Source: Halobacteriovoraceae bacterium
Lineage (GTDB): Bacteria; Bdellovibrionota; Bacteriovoracia; Bacteriovoracales; Bacteriovoracaceae
Assembly (NCBI GenBank): GCA_963719505.1
Contig: CAVRCF010000001.1
Coordinates: forward strand, 576,001 to 640,000
Direction: 5' to 3'
DNA: 64,000 nt
Shown: one piece after another, positions 54,501 through 64,000 of the stretch
How the letters are laid out: each line of letters begins with the position of its first letter
Position numbering within the stretch: position 1 is the first letter of the stretch
The notes under the pieces: model-generated
Told to the model about the DNA's origin: nothing
The model's input: only the letters and a program-made list of their open reading frames with translations
Databases searched by the model: none
Made by a program: the position numbers and the translations under genes

Positions 54501-57500
54501 TTGCTGCATCTTCATCACAAGTTCCACTAACTGAATAAGAACTTACATTTGCATTGGCAAGGTTGACATCATCGGCTGCTGTAATGGCAATCAGTGGAGC
54601 GATAGTGTCTTTAACAACAGTTGTTGAATCAGTAGAGGTTCCATGAGCTACCTCTACTGTAACTGCTCCACCATCTGTTGCACCAGAAACATCGAAAGCA
54701 GCCGTTGTAAATGCACCAGCGGTACAAGTAGGCGTCGCAACTTCCGTACCACCCACAGTAACTGTGACAACCTCAGTGTCTACTGAACATGTACCAGTCA
54801 CAATATAATTTGTTTCATTCGCAAGATTGATGATGGGGGAAGAGGTTAGCGCAACAGTATAACTTACTTTATCGACACTGTTGGCTGCACTTGTCGTGAG
54901 GTTCCCAGCAGCATCAGTTATTTCGACTGTGAAAAGATGGCCAGTAGCGTTTGGAATAACGGTAGAATCAAAAGTTCCAGTCCAATTGGTCCCATCACAA
55001 ACAAATCCAGTTTGGGAAGTGGCTAGGCTTCCATTTACCTTAAGTTCAGCAACAAGAGTATTTTCATCACAAGAACCAGAAGCTGCAAATGTATTTGAAT
55101 CTGTAATTGCTGTAATGGTTGAAAGGTCTGCTGGGGTTGTTAAAGTCACCACTGGAGCAATAGTGTCTTTTGTTATGTTAACTCCGATTGAGGTGATATC
55201 ATTTCCACCAGCATCAGCAAGATAAGCTGTGAACTCTAAAGATCCTTGAGTAAGACCTGTTGAATCAATTGTTCCTGTAAAATTTGTGCCATCACAGCTA
55301 AAACCAGTCTGTCCAGCTGCGGCTGAACCATCAACTCTAATCTCAACTGTTTGTCCACTTTCGTTACAAGTTCCACTTACAGCGAATGCAGCGGAGTCGT
55401 TTGCAATATTTATATAAGCACCATCAGTGGGAGAAGTAATTGCAACAGTCGGTAGAACTGTGTCTTTTGTTACATTATTTGGGAGACTTGCTCCAATATT
55501 TCCAACAGCATCTGATAGCTCTGCCGTAAAAGCATAAACACCATCAACGTAGCCTGTGGTATCAATTGTTCCGGTAAAGTTTGTACCATCGCATGAAATA
55601 ATTGACTGACCTGTTGCAACTGCTCCATCGAGTTTAATAACAACACTTGCTGCACTCTCATCACAAGTTCCGCTAACTGGGTAAGTAGCAGAATCATCAG
55701 CAAGTAAAATAAAAGTTGAATCTGCTGGAGTCGTTATTGCAATTGTTGGAAGTACGGTATCTTTTATGACATTTGTTGTGGCTTGTATTCCCGGATTCCC
55801 AGCACTATCAGTAATATCAGCTGTGATATTTACTGAAGCATTGTCAGCCTGTGCAGAAATATCCCAAGCGGACTTTGTAAAAACACCACTTGAACAAGTC
55901 ACTGAACTATCGGTTATGTTTCCGAATTCTAAATTGATTGTTGCAGACTCTTCATCACAAGTCCCAGTTAAAGTATAAGCAGTACTATTGGCCAAATTAA
56001 CATTAATAGCAGGATCAATTGCTATAATAGGAGCCACTGTATCTTTTGTAATATTAATATTAGGGCTAATACCTGTATTGTTTCCCAGGTCAGTTAGTTC
56101 AGCTGTTATAACGAGAGCTCCCTCTGCGATACCTGTGGTATCTATTGTTCCAGAAAAACTAGCACCATTACACAACAGACCAGTTGGATTCGAGGCTGTA
56201 GAGCCATCCACTTTGATGACAATGGTTTGACCAGCAACATTACACGTTCCGGCGACAGCAAAAGCTGTCGAGTCAGAAGCAATATTAATAAAACTCAGAT
56301 CTGCTGGTGTAGAGATAGCAACTATAGGAGCTATTGCATCAACTAAGACGGTTGGAAAATTCGTTGAACTCAAGTTTAAGTAGGCATCATTTCCATTAAC
56401 GTCTTTTGCCGTTGCTGTTAAAAGATCGATTGAGGCTGACAGGTCGATGCCATCGGTGTCTTCATTCCCTGTCGTGACTGTGTAACTAAAAGTTAGTGAT
56501 GTCGTCGCTGACCCTGAAGTGAACAAAGCTTTTGGTGTTCCAACGGGTGTTTCAAAAATCAAAGGAAGTTCAGGTATGTCTCCTGTTATCGTGACTGCAT
56601 CATCGTAGGTTAAGATAATATCAATTTGATCGTTCTCTCCATAAGTACCAGCTGTAATTGTTACGTTGGTAATTGTGGGTCTTACACCATCAACAAGTGA
56701 AGATGCAAAAGTGGTAGAGGGAACAATATTATTAAGGGCATTTCCAACTGCATCGACAATGCCTACTCCTCCAGTGATTGAAGCTGCACCAACAATTCCA
56801 TCGGTATCTAAATCATTCTCTAAAACAGTGTACGAGTATGTAATTGTATTTGCTGTTGTTGCTGATTGAGTTGCCGTAACTGTCGCGGTTCCAATTGTTA
56901 AGTCGATTGTTTCAGATCCAACGGGGGTTATGTTTTCTGAAAATGTTAAAACCATATCAATGACATCACCAATAATATAAGTATCAGCAGCAATCGTATT
57001 TGAGGAAATAGTAGGAACAATAGTATCTTTTATAACTGTTGCCGTTGCTTGTATCGCGGCATTTGTTCCAGCGTCATTATGATCGGCAGTGATAATTAAG
57101 TCGGCGACTGTATTGTCAGCAGACTCTGTAGCGGCAGTGACATCAGTCGTTGTGGACCACGCTAAAGCTGAACATGGAGCCGTGTCAGTAACACCTCCAA
57201 TATCAATATTTACATCTTGGCCATTTTCAGAACAGGTACCACTAATAGTATATGTTGAAACATTACTCGCAGAAACTGTAGGGCTGACATCAATTGTGAC
57301 GGTGGGTATAACTCCATCAATTAAAATTCCACTCGAGTCAGGTGGCGTGTGAGTGAGTGTAGCGTCGTTTCCATTAATATCTTGAATAAGCGCCCCAACA
57401 GGAAGATCTAGAGGAGATACTAATTCAATTCCATCTAAGTCTTCTTCGCCTGCAAGCACTGTATATCTGAATGTTACTGCACTCGTCGTTGAACCACTTA

Positions 57501-60243
57501 AGTAGTCAGCGTAAACAGTTCCCGTGCTGAGAGTAATAGCAAGTCTTGGAGTATTTGTAATTGTAACGTTGTCATCAAAGTTGACAATGAAGTCTACTGT
57601 ATTACTTATGATATAAGTATTATCAGCTGGAAGAGTAATTGAGGTAATTGTTGGAATTACGGCATCAACAAGGACTAAAGACAAATTTGGTAAAGCCGTA
57701 AATGCACCTAGGTTTGTATTGCTGTCATTTGTTCCAATGTCTTGAATTGTTCCACCATTTAAATCTAGTGTAGTACCGACAAAACTGATTCCATTTGTAT
57801 CTTCATCAGGACTTATGACTGTGTATTGAAATAGTAAAGACGTCGTCCCATCTCCTGAAGTGTAGTCCGCATACTTTGTGACTCCACCAACGTCGATGGC
57901 AATCCTTGGCGTTCCTGTTATAGAGACGTTTTCGTTATAGTTGAGTGTAAAATCAACTGTCTCATTTAAAATATAAGTTTCAGGTGTGGGTGCAGTGATC
58001 GTTACAACATAAGGAACAAGTGAGTCTATCAGGACTCCAGTTGTATCTGGTAGAGTGAAGGTTAAATCTAGGTTGTTTCCGATAACATCTCTTAAATTTG
58101 AACCATTTGTTTGGATTGGAGAGACCATCGTAATTCCATCATGATCTTCAAGACCTTGAGGGAGTGTGAGTGCAAAATACAGTGCAGTGGTTCCTGTACC
58201 CGAAAGATAAGTTGCAAAGGCTTGTTGGCCTCCGATATCTAATTCTATTCTTGGTATTCCACCACTAATATTTATTGGCACATTTGTATTTACAGTAAAG
58301 CCAAGAACATCTGTTTCATTATAATATTGATTCGCCGGTGGCGTGATGGAGATGATCTGTGGGGGCTCATAATTAACATTGATCAGAGTTGTATCAGGAG
58401 CAAATACTGAAAAGTCTAGTTGTCCCGCAAGGGCGACCGAGTCTGAAATTGTTCCTGCATTTAAATCTATTGTCGGAGAAGGAATTTGTATTCCATTGTC
58501 ATCGATATCAGCGGCACCTACAAGATATGTAAACACTAAGTCTGTCGATGTCGATGCACCAGTGTTATAAATGGCATATTCAGTTGAACCACCCACATCT
58601 AAAGCTACGCGAGGAGATCCCGTTACAATAACATTTTCATGATAGGTGATTGTTAAATTTATCTCTTGTCCTATTGTGTAGTTTGCATTGGGAGAGATCG
58701 CTACTGCTGTAATCTCAGGATTTTTTGCATCCACTAAAATATTAGAGGAATCGATAAGAGAAATCGGCGTTGTAAGAATATTACTTGCTGTTACCGCATT
58801 TGTTCCAATTATTGTTCCCGTATTTGGTTCTAACGGGGATCGAATTTCAATTCCATCTAGGTCTTCTTCTGTGTTCGAGACAACGTATCTAAAAATTAAA
58901 TTATTAGTCCCTGTTCCTGAACTATAATCAGCATAGACTAAACCTGGGGAATTTGAGTTAAGAAGAATCGCAACTCTCGGTATCCCGGTTACATTGACGC
59001 TGGTATTATATGTAAGAGTAAAAAATAACTGCTCGCCTTCCAAGTAAGTTTTGTCTATTGGTGGTGTTATTGAAATAACTTCTGGCAAAGTTGCTTCTAC
59101 TAAAACATTGACCGTAGAGGGTGGATTTATTTCTGCAAGTGAATCAAACAGACCAACGTCTTGTATTGTGGCACCATCAAAATTTATTGCAGGTTGAATT
59201 AAAATTCCATCGGAGTCAGCATCACCTGTGACGACAATATATCTAAACAGGAGTGTGTCGGTGCCGGAACCAGAAATATATTGTGCTTCCCTAGTCACGC
59301 CTCCAATATCGAGATCGACTTTAGGAATACCTGCTGCAACATTGACGATCTCTGTAAAAACTAGAGAGACTTCAATCGCCTCTCCTGGTTTATAGGTGTC
59401 ATTTGGAGGCGGTATAACTTGTTTCACATAAGGCTGATCTCCATTAATATTGATCATTGAATTAGCTAAAGTTGCTGGTGTGAGATCTGCATTATTAGTT
59501 GCTGCATCTTGAATTGTACCACCATTTAGGTTTAGTGAAGTCACAGCATAACCTGTAAGGTCTAATTCGGTTCCCCCAACAGTGGCCCTAAAAAAAAGAT
59601 TAGATGTTCCATTTCCTGAAACGAGTTGAAGTTGTTTTGGAGTTCCTTCAATATCAATCTCAAGAGTTGGTGCTCCAGTAATCGTGACCGATTCTGAAAA
59701 TGCCAGTGTTATCTCAATAGCTTGATCGAAGTAGAGAGTTGAAGTTGGAATTGCTAAAGGTGAAACTAAAGTTACAGCGGGTACAATTGAATCAATTTTT
59801 ACATTGGAGTATGTCGTGTCACCAATTGAGGTATTTGAGTCAACGGCAACACCATTGTTATCAAACTGAATTGTTCCACCGTTGAGATCTAAGTCTGCAA
59901 TAAGTTCTACTCCACTGTAGTCTTCTACTCCCGCTGGTACTATATACTCAAACACTAATGTTTTTGAATTTGATCCAGACAGATAATTAGCGTAAGCTGT
60001 TGCTCCATCAACATCAAGAACGAGTCTTGGTGTTCCAGTAACAGTTAAAGTCGCTGGATGTGAAACTTTAAAGAGTATTGATTCATTTTCTTTATATATT
60101 TTATCAACTGGAGGTGTAACAGCTATCAAGTTTTCAGACGGTTTATTACCTGCGAAAAAATTATCACCAAGATCTTTTTCTTCACTTTCAAAATTACATC
60201 CTGAAAGTAAAATCGTTAAAATGAAAAATGCAAAATACTTCAA
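51589..60243 (-). CDS. Giant (2884 aa) lipoprotein adhesin-like protein with tandem Ig-like repeats, an FN3 domain and an IgGFc-binding-like tip
   Basis: Lipobox LSGC; 10 repeats of about 115 aa (GTPR/SG.GT..L.F.Y/D.D.DGI); 13 repeats carrying G[TSI]C plus a second Cys; FN3 (SVSLNW...YEFRAK); C-terminal AFQNGTTI...ADKPI. Confidence 0.88.
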   Translation of the reverse strand: MKYFAFFILTILLSGCNFESEEKDLGDNFFAGNKPSENLIAVTPPVDKIYKENESILFKVSHPATLTVTGTPRLVLDVDGATAYANYLSGSNSKTLVFEYIVPAGVEDYSGVELIADLDLNGGTIQFDNNGVAVDSNTSIGDTTYSNVKIDSIVPAVTLVSPLAIPTSTLYFDQAIEITLAFSESVTITGAPTLEIDIEGTPKQLQLVSGNGTSNLFFRATVGGTELDLTGYAVTSLNLNGGTIQDAATNNADLTPATLANSMININGDQPYVKQVIPPPNDTYKPGEAIEVSLVFTEIVNVAAGIPKVDLDIGGVTREAQYISGSGTDTLLFRYIVVTGDADSDGILIQPAINFDGATIQDVGLFDSLAEINPPSTVNVLVEATLPEVISITPPIDKTYLEGEQLFFTLTYNTSVNVTGIPRVAILLNSNSPGLVYADYSSGTGTNNLIFRYVVSNTEEDLDGIEIRSPLEPNTGTIIGTNAVTASNILTTPISLIDSSNILVDAKNPEITAVAISPNANYTIGQEINLTITYHENVIVTGSPRVALDVGGSTEYAIYNTGASTSTDLVFTYLVGAADIDDNGIQIPSPTIDLNAGTISDSVALAGQLDFSVFAPDTTLINVNYEPPQIISITPPANQYYNETDVLGFTVNTNVPINISGGIPRIELDIGGQQAFATYLSGTGTTALYFALTLPQGLEDHDGITMVSPIQTNGSNLRDVIGNNLDLTFTLPDTTGVLIDSLVPYVVTITAPTPETYILNETVDFTLNYNENVSITGTPRIAIDVGGVTKYADYTSGDGTTSLLFQYTVISPDEDTNGISFVGTTLDLNGGTIQDIGTNDSNTNLGAFTALPNLSLVLVDAVIPTITSITLPADNTYIISNTVDFIVNFDDNVTITNTPRLAITLSTGTVYADYLSGSTTSAVTFRYTVLAGEEDLDGIELVSPLDLPVGALIQDINGNDATLTHTPPDSSGILIDGVIPTVTIDVSPTVSASNVSTYTISGTCSENGQDVNIDIGGVTDTAPCSALAWSTTTDVTAATESADNTVADLIITADHNDAGTNAAIQATATVIKDTIVPTISSNTIAADTYIIGDVIDMVLTFSENITPVGSETIDLTIGTATVTATQSATTANTITYSYTVLENDLDTDGIVGAASITGGVGIVDAVGNALNNIVPSTTFASSLVDGVRPTITNVTITAGTYGENDQIDIILTYDDAVTITGDIPELPLIFETPVGTPKALFTSGSATTSLTFSYTVTTGNEDTDGIDLSASIDLLTATAKDVNGNDAYLNLSSTNFPTVLVDAIAPIVAISTPADLSFINIASDSTAFAVAGTCNVAGQTIVIKVDGSTASNPTGLLCNGASFSGTIDTTGIAEGALVITAELTDLGNNTGISPNINITKDTVAPIIAIDPAINVNLANSTAYTLTGTCDEESATINLEFGNITDSSVTCSSGVFTKSAWDISAQADNASVNITADITDSAGNPGIQATTNVIKDTVLPTIAITTPADSTFILLADDSATYPVSGTCDESAASVVIKLDGAVATGQSIISCDGTNFTGTIDTTGYVDGVYAFTAELSDAVGNIGASLPNNVTKDTVLPTVAITSPTDGAYINIANDSAAFAVSGTCNESGQTVEIRVDGSAAAGQTGFSCDGTNFTGTIDSTGLTQGSLEFTAYLADAGGNDITSIGVNITKDTIAPVVTLTTPADLSTITAITDSNTFAASGSCDENTLVAELKVNGSLATSQTGFVCDGTNWTGTFDSTVIPNATGHLFTVEITDAAGNLTTSAANSVDKVSYTVALTSSPIINLANETNYIVTGTCSVDTEVVTVTVGGTEVATPTCTAGAFTTAAFDVSGATDGGAVTVEVAHGTSTDSTTVVKDTIAPLIAITAADDVNLANANVSSYSVSGTCDEDAATVNVAFGALTTTATCSTTSWSVTNWDVSAEADNASVSVTADIADAAGNPATQSTVSVIKDVEVPLVAITSPIQASFINSVSDSTSFAVSGTCSENGETVIIKLDGVLATSPVGMLCNGTTFSGTIDTTGLGEITYLMTAEISDASANTGVSANIAVTKDTVAPTVTIGAQGNIIQSNESSYPVSGTCSEDSGSIDVSVGGSTATGSCSSGAYSVNVNATSVTDGSNISISVTQTDDAGNTSTTVTTTVDKDTTGPTVAITYSPNIIPGNESNYFISGSCDENGEVVSVSISSINLSPVCTSNSWNSGSQDVSSIPDGAVTILASQTDAAGNTGSDTKNITKTTATPTVTITNAPNIDLSNQTSYVVSGICSQSGTIVSIDIGGISKTANCSGSSFSTTTTNVSGLADGVVTITADHSTATQDSVNIVKDAAAETVTISSAPDITSVNENSYTTSGTCSQNGSSVNLDIGGLPYTLSCTSGTWSSGPVDVSSLADATGILLTADHSTATQVTKTINKSTSTPTISFFSAPTTLSTSVSLNWELDTPGGFTIDDYIINYRLKGSTAWLLFSDGSSSNTFAEVTGLDASTIYEFRAKVIYDTTSESEWSAIAEAETKPEDTIFGPYSAMNVGGSTATTVAAFQNGTTITLNGAPLTTLNQGQTFAFTSAKYDIIDADKPIFTAGKRSSADQADKSANIAWNPAEWAGKSFSFNATRTSPQNLEVYAIEDAIIEVRQGATLLASATLTKGSGTTLAWSDYGSYQVESTGNILAYSLSTGGGDLQDPSPLIPGFTQIIGFPTASMTLTTFTDGTNYSAIHSNSVTATGSLNKSGDIRITPQGTGTLYQSESLLITADKKISGASFADSDGLCSAAFISTNLMKTKYILPTNSDYIAFASKIPGTIAVVNSAGTTTATLTLTRSGANTNAPYKVRLANPTAGQRFISTVPVGAWYQPNNYNSAADQDETLLYGTNE
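52950..60130 (-). repeat. Degenerate protein-level tandem repeats of two types within the adhesin (boundaries approximate)
   Basis: Recurrent motifs counted in the translation; not identical at DNA level. Confidence 0.8.
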
Positions 60244-60507
60244 ATTTATTCCTATTTTTTAGCTCATCTCATCTCTCTATCGGTGGATAAGGTGGATAAC
60301 CTGTATTGTAAGGTCTCACCTGAAACATTTTGCCGATTTCTTAAGAAAAAATTAAGGCAAGTGTTTTCAAATGGTTAGGGCGTTAAAAATGGATAAAAGG
60401 CATAAATTCCAAAAATAGAGAATCATAAATGACTCAGAAAATGGTCAAAATTGCATCTTTGGAGGGAAAGATTGTGCCCCTAAGTAATTGAATTTTTATT
60501 TGTTACA

Positions 60508-61236
60508 ATGGAAATAATGAAGCCTATTTTAATCATCTTATTTACCCTTAGCTTAATTTCTTGTGCCCAAAGAATTAAGGTTCCTATCAATCGGATGATG
60601 ACCCCCGAAGTTATTGGTGGGGGAGCAGAGATTGAGTATCAAAGAATTGGTTTCGCTCAATCAAGGCTCGACTTTACCGGGGGGCGAACAGACAATCCTC
60701 TAGGCTTCACAAGTGTTGTGGCAAACAGAACTTTATACATGGCCGCTGGAGTGTCACAAAATGTGGACCTTTTTGTAAAAGTTCCCCAAGAGTCTTCAAG
60801 CCTATTAGGTCTGAAGGTTCAGCTTTTGGGCTCACCATCCAAAACAAGAAATAATACTCATCAATTTGCTTTTACGATAGCTGTTGGATCGGAAAGAGAC
60901 AGTTTTGAAGGCTCCTACGAAATAGAACTAAAGAGTGATGTCAGAGATTTTTCTCTCATCTATGGTTATAGGCTGAATCAATTATTCATTGCATATTCAT
61001 CAATCAGTTTAAGTAATTATCATTTTCAAGGAGATGTTAAAGATGGTGGAGGGGTGCTTATTGATGATGAAATTGATTACGAAGCCCAAAACATTCTTGG
61101 AGCTCAGGCAGGCTTTGAATTTGGAGGGGAGACTTTCTCCTTAAAACTTGAGCTTGCTGCTCAGAAAATAAAATGGACAAACACTGAAGAAGAGCTCCTA
61201 TATTCAAGTGGTTTGGCCTTCCGATATGCTTTTTAA
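60508..61236 (+). CDS. Putative lipidated outer-membrane beta-barrel protein
   Basis: Lipobox LISC; alternating beta-strand pattern; C-terminal LAFRYAF beta-signal. Confidence 0.65.
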   Translation: MEIMKPILIILFTLSLISCAQRIKVPINRMMTPEVIGGGAEIEYQRIGFAQSRLDFTGGRTDNPLGFTSVVANRTLYMAAGVSQNVDLFVKVPQESSSLLGLKVQLLGSPSKTRNNTHQFAFTIAVGSERDSFEGSYEIELKSDVRDFSLIYGYRLNQLFIAYSSISLSNYHFQGDVKDGGGVLIDDEIDYEAQNILGAQAGFEFGGETFSLKLELAAQKIKWTNTEEELLYSSGLAFRYAF

Positions 61237-61297
61237 AGAGAATATTGCCACCCTTAAATATCAACTCAATTTATTGTAAAATAAGGAGAGGAAAACT

Positions 61298-62389
61298 ATG
61301 AAACTATTCTTGTTAATCATTCTACTTCACGCTCAATCAAGTTTTGCAAGACTCTACTTTGAAGATGCCACAAGCCCCGAGCTCATCACAAGCGCTCGAG
61401 CTCTCGCAATGGGAAACTCTTATTCATCTTTAGTCGATGATTCTATGGCCGCGTTTTATAATCCAGCTGGCCTAGGAACGGTTAGAGGTTTGAGCCTTCA
61501 TCTGACAAATATTCACATTGAAATGAATAATGGCTTCTTTGATGCCACCAGTGGATCAGGAAACTTTTTTGATGCTATTGATAAGTACGACGACGCCTTC
61601 ACTTCCGAGGGAGTGCGTGATCTTTTAGCTGATAATCCCGGAACGACTCATGCAAGATTTAACTTCTTTCCGAATATAACGTATAGATGGATAACTTTGG
61701 GATACATGTATTCACAACAGCAAAAAGCGAGACTAGAGTCCAGCACTTCAGACTTTGAAATAGCTGAAAGACTAGATACAGGACCTGTATTGGCCCTTGC
61801 ATTCTCAATGTTTGGTGGTGTTGTAAAAGTTGGAGCAAGTGCGGTTCACTTGACCAGAAAAGAAATCTTTAGAGATACTCCCCAAAACCAAGCTGTTAAT
61901 ATAAATAAAGAGGACTACTCACGGGCCACTATGACTCATGTTACTGCAAGTACCAGAGTGACCTTCCCCGTAAGGTACCTTCCAACATTCTCTGTTGTCT
62001 CTAGAAACGCAGGGGATGCAAGTTGGGGGAGTGAGGACCTAGCAGGCGCACCAGAGGAGATACCCCAGACGACGGATATAAGTGCTTCAATAACTCCTAT
62101 TCTTTCCAAGGGATCGAGAATTCATATCGAGATCGGTCGAAAGGATTTAGGTAATAAATACGAGAATGTTCCAAACGAAAGAAAGCTGCAAGGTGGAATT
62201 GAGTGGAACTATAGACGAAGTATTTTTGTGAGAGCTGGCTATGGAGATGGCTGGGGCTCTGGCGGAATTGGTATAAGAACCAGAAACGTCGCTTTTGATC
62301 TTTCTACTTATGCTGTTGAAGCAAGTGAAGACGGATTCCGCGAGGATGAAGATCGCCGCTTTGCCATTCATCTATCATCAGGCTTTTAA
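61298..62389 (+). CDS. Outer-membrane beta-barrel, FadL/PorV/TraF-like N-terminus
   Basis: Signal peptide; ARALAMGN...DD..A.FYNPAGL; GIEW...VRAGY; terminal Phe. Confidence 0.75.
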   Translation: MKLFLLIILLHAQSSFARLYFEDATSPELITSARALAMGNSYSSLVDDSMAAFYNPAGLGTVRGLSLHLTNIHIEMNNGFFDATSGSGNFFDAIDKYDDAFTSEGVRDLLADNPGTTHARFNFFPNITYRWITLGYMYSQQQKARLESSTSDFEIAERLDTGPVLALAFSMFGGVVKVGASAVHLTRKEIFRDTPQNQAVNINKEDYSRATMTHVTASTRVTFPVRYLPTFSVVSRNAGDASWGSEDLAGAPEEIPQTTDISASITPILSKGSRIHIEIGRKDLGNKYENVPNERKLQGGIEWNYRRSIFVRAGYGDGWGSGGIGIRTRNVAFDLSTYAVEASEDGFREDEDRRFAIHLSSGF

Positions 62390-62605
62390 CAGCCGCCAAA
62401 TCCTCAAGCTTTTTATGTTATTCCAACAAGATAGACATCTTTATGTTTAGAAATATCTTCGATCATATGCAATTTCTATAAGTGAGGCTATACAGGTGAG
62501 GCAACATCTGCTAAAAGTGCGTTTTTACAATAAAAAGATCAAATTGAGGGTTGTATTCCCTCCTAAATTTTTAAAAAAATTTAGCAAACAAACGAAGGTT
62601 TAAAT

Positions 62606-64000
62606 ATGTCTTTGCAAAATCCCTACGCCTCATTTTTAGAGTCACTACAAAAGCCAGCCCGCTATATTGGTGGAGAACATTTTATTGTTCGTAAAGACTG
62701 GGACCAGATGATCGGTAAGGTCGCCCTTTGCTTTCCTGATACCTATGAAATTGGAATGAGTCACCTTGGCTTTAAAATTTTATATGAAGAAATAAATAAA
62801 ACTGAAACCATGTGTGCCGAAAGATGTTTTGCTCCATGGATTGATATGGAAAAAGAGCTTCGAGAAAGAAATCTTCCCCTTGTGACTCTTGAAAATTTTA
62901 AGCCCTTAAATGAGTTTGATGTTGTTGGATTCTCTCTTCAATATGAAATGAGTTATTCAAATATTTTAAATATGCTCGACTTAGGTGGAATTGAAATCTA
63001 CCAAAAGGATAGAGCGGAAGATGCACCTTTTGTTATCGCTGGTGGACCATGTGCGACTCACCCAGAGCCGATTGCTCCCTTTTTAGACTTTATTGTTATT
63101 GGTGATGGAGAAACTCTTTTTTCTCAGATCGTGCACTTTATCGGTGAGGCTCGTCGCGAAGGCTTAAAGCGTGACCATATTCTTTTTGAGCTAGCAAAAT
63201 GAAAAGGGATTTACGTTCCTTCATTTTATGAAACTGAAATCGATGATATGACTAAACTTGAGGTTGTAACAGGTCCAAAACCAGAATTTATAGGTTCTAT
63301 TCCTGATAGAGTTGAACGCTATTTTGTCGAGAGTCTAAAGGACTACCCATTCCCAACAAAGTCTCCAATACCACATATGACCGCTATCTTTGATAGATTC
63401 TCAGTTGAGCTTAGCCGAGGCTGTACTGAAGGGTGTCGTTTTTGCCAGGCTGGGATGATTTATAGACCAGTTCGAGAAAGAAAGCCAACCGATGTTGCAA
63501 AAGTTGTTATGGATGGTTTAAAAAATGGTGGATTTGATGAAGCGAGTTTGACTTGTCTCTCAACAGCAGACTATTCAGCTGTAACCCCTCTTGTTGTTGA
63601 TCTCATAGATAAACTTGCTGCAGAAAAAGCAACATTAGGAATAAGCTCTCTAAGAGCATACGGATTAGATAATCAAGTTCTAGATAAAATCTCAGAAGTT
63701 AGAAATACATCTTTAACTTTTGCTCCGGAAGCCGGAACTGAGAGAATGAGAAAAGTAATTAATAAAAATGTCACCGAAGCAGATATGCTGAAGACAGCAA
63801 GAGATGTCTTCTCTCGTGGCTGGAAGAAAATGAAATTGTATTTCATGATAGGTCTTCCAACAGAAGAAGATGAAGATGTTATTGGCATCATGCAAACTGG
63901 TCTTCGAGCGAAACAGATTGCTCAAAAAGAATGTGGTGTTCGTAACCCTATTATCACAATTAGTGCATCAAGCTTTGTTCCTAAACCCCATACACCTTTT
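62606..64000 (+). CDS. TIGR03960-type B12-binding radical SAM protein (in-frame TGA at 63200-63202; runs off the window)
   Basis: KPARYIGGE, FPDTYEIGMSHLG, GFSLQYE, IGDGE; same frame continues GIYVP, RGCTEGCRFCQAG, SSLR, TFAPEAGTERMR, KLYFMIGLP, FVPKPHTPF. Confidence 0.9.

Noticed and set aside
52914..58927. Plus-strand ORFs inside the adhesin (and similar short antisense ORFs across the window)
   Set aside because: Shadow ORFs arising from codon bias of the real gene; no RBS or recognisable motifs.
60244..60507. Replication origin
   Set aside because: Only two imperfect DnaA boxes and no dnaA, dnaN or gidA context.
62481..62501. GTGAGGC direct repeat (14-bp period) upstream of the radical SAM gene
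   Set aside because: Two 7-mers are too weak without comparative data, and no cobalamin-riboswitch core was recognisable.
63200..63225. Selenocysteine recoding at the radical SAM TGA
   Set aside because: The position is not a motif Cys. The small hairpin AAGGGA-TTTACG-TTCCTT has its loop only about 7 nt from UGA and no leading G, unlike bacterial SECIS elements.

Overview
A 64-kb, mostly core chromosomal window from an AT-rich predatory bacterium. The 16S sequence and the many secreted ORFans point to Bdellovibrionota, Bacteriovoracaceae/Halobacteriovorax-like; this is by recognition, not by a search. Contents in order: the 3' part of a pcrA/uvrD helicase gene, mtnA, a Ppx/GppA phosphatase and a cNMP-binding protein; an orphan FliG C-terminal-domain protein; a thiolase; a lipoprotein cyclophilin; a complete rRNA operon with the unusual order tRNA-Ala, 16S, tRNA-Ile, 23S, 5S; an intact single-ORF IS66-family element (21-bp TIRs, 8-bp TSD) just after the rrn terminator; ftsK; rpsB-tsf-pyrH-frr-uppS-cdsA-rseP-tsaB-(psd-like)-pssA-truA; tig; a ComEC-like gene; nadC-nadB; rimO; epmA; ftsY-zapA-5FCL-rny-SDR; a 1073-aa secreted ORFan; a CorC/HlyC protein; ferredoxin; Leu dehydrogenase; msrC; a trypsin-like protease; a 2884-aa lipoprotein adhesin facing two outer-membrane barrel genes; and a TIGR03960-type radical SAM gene with an in-frame TGA. 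rpsB, tsf and pyrH contain many indels that look like local assembly errors. Best leads: a phosphatidylserine-decarboxylase homologue lacking all three catalytic residues but still coupled to pssA; the adhesin plus barrel locus; the modular rRNA operon; and two candidate cis-regulatory elements (a three-way junction at 35.8-35.9 kb and an EPP leader ORF before the CorC gene). No CRISPR array, prophage or defence island was seen.
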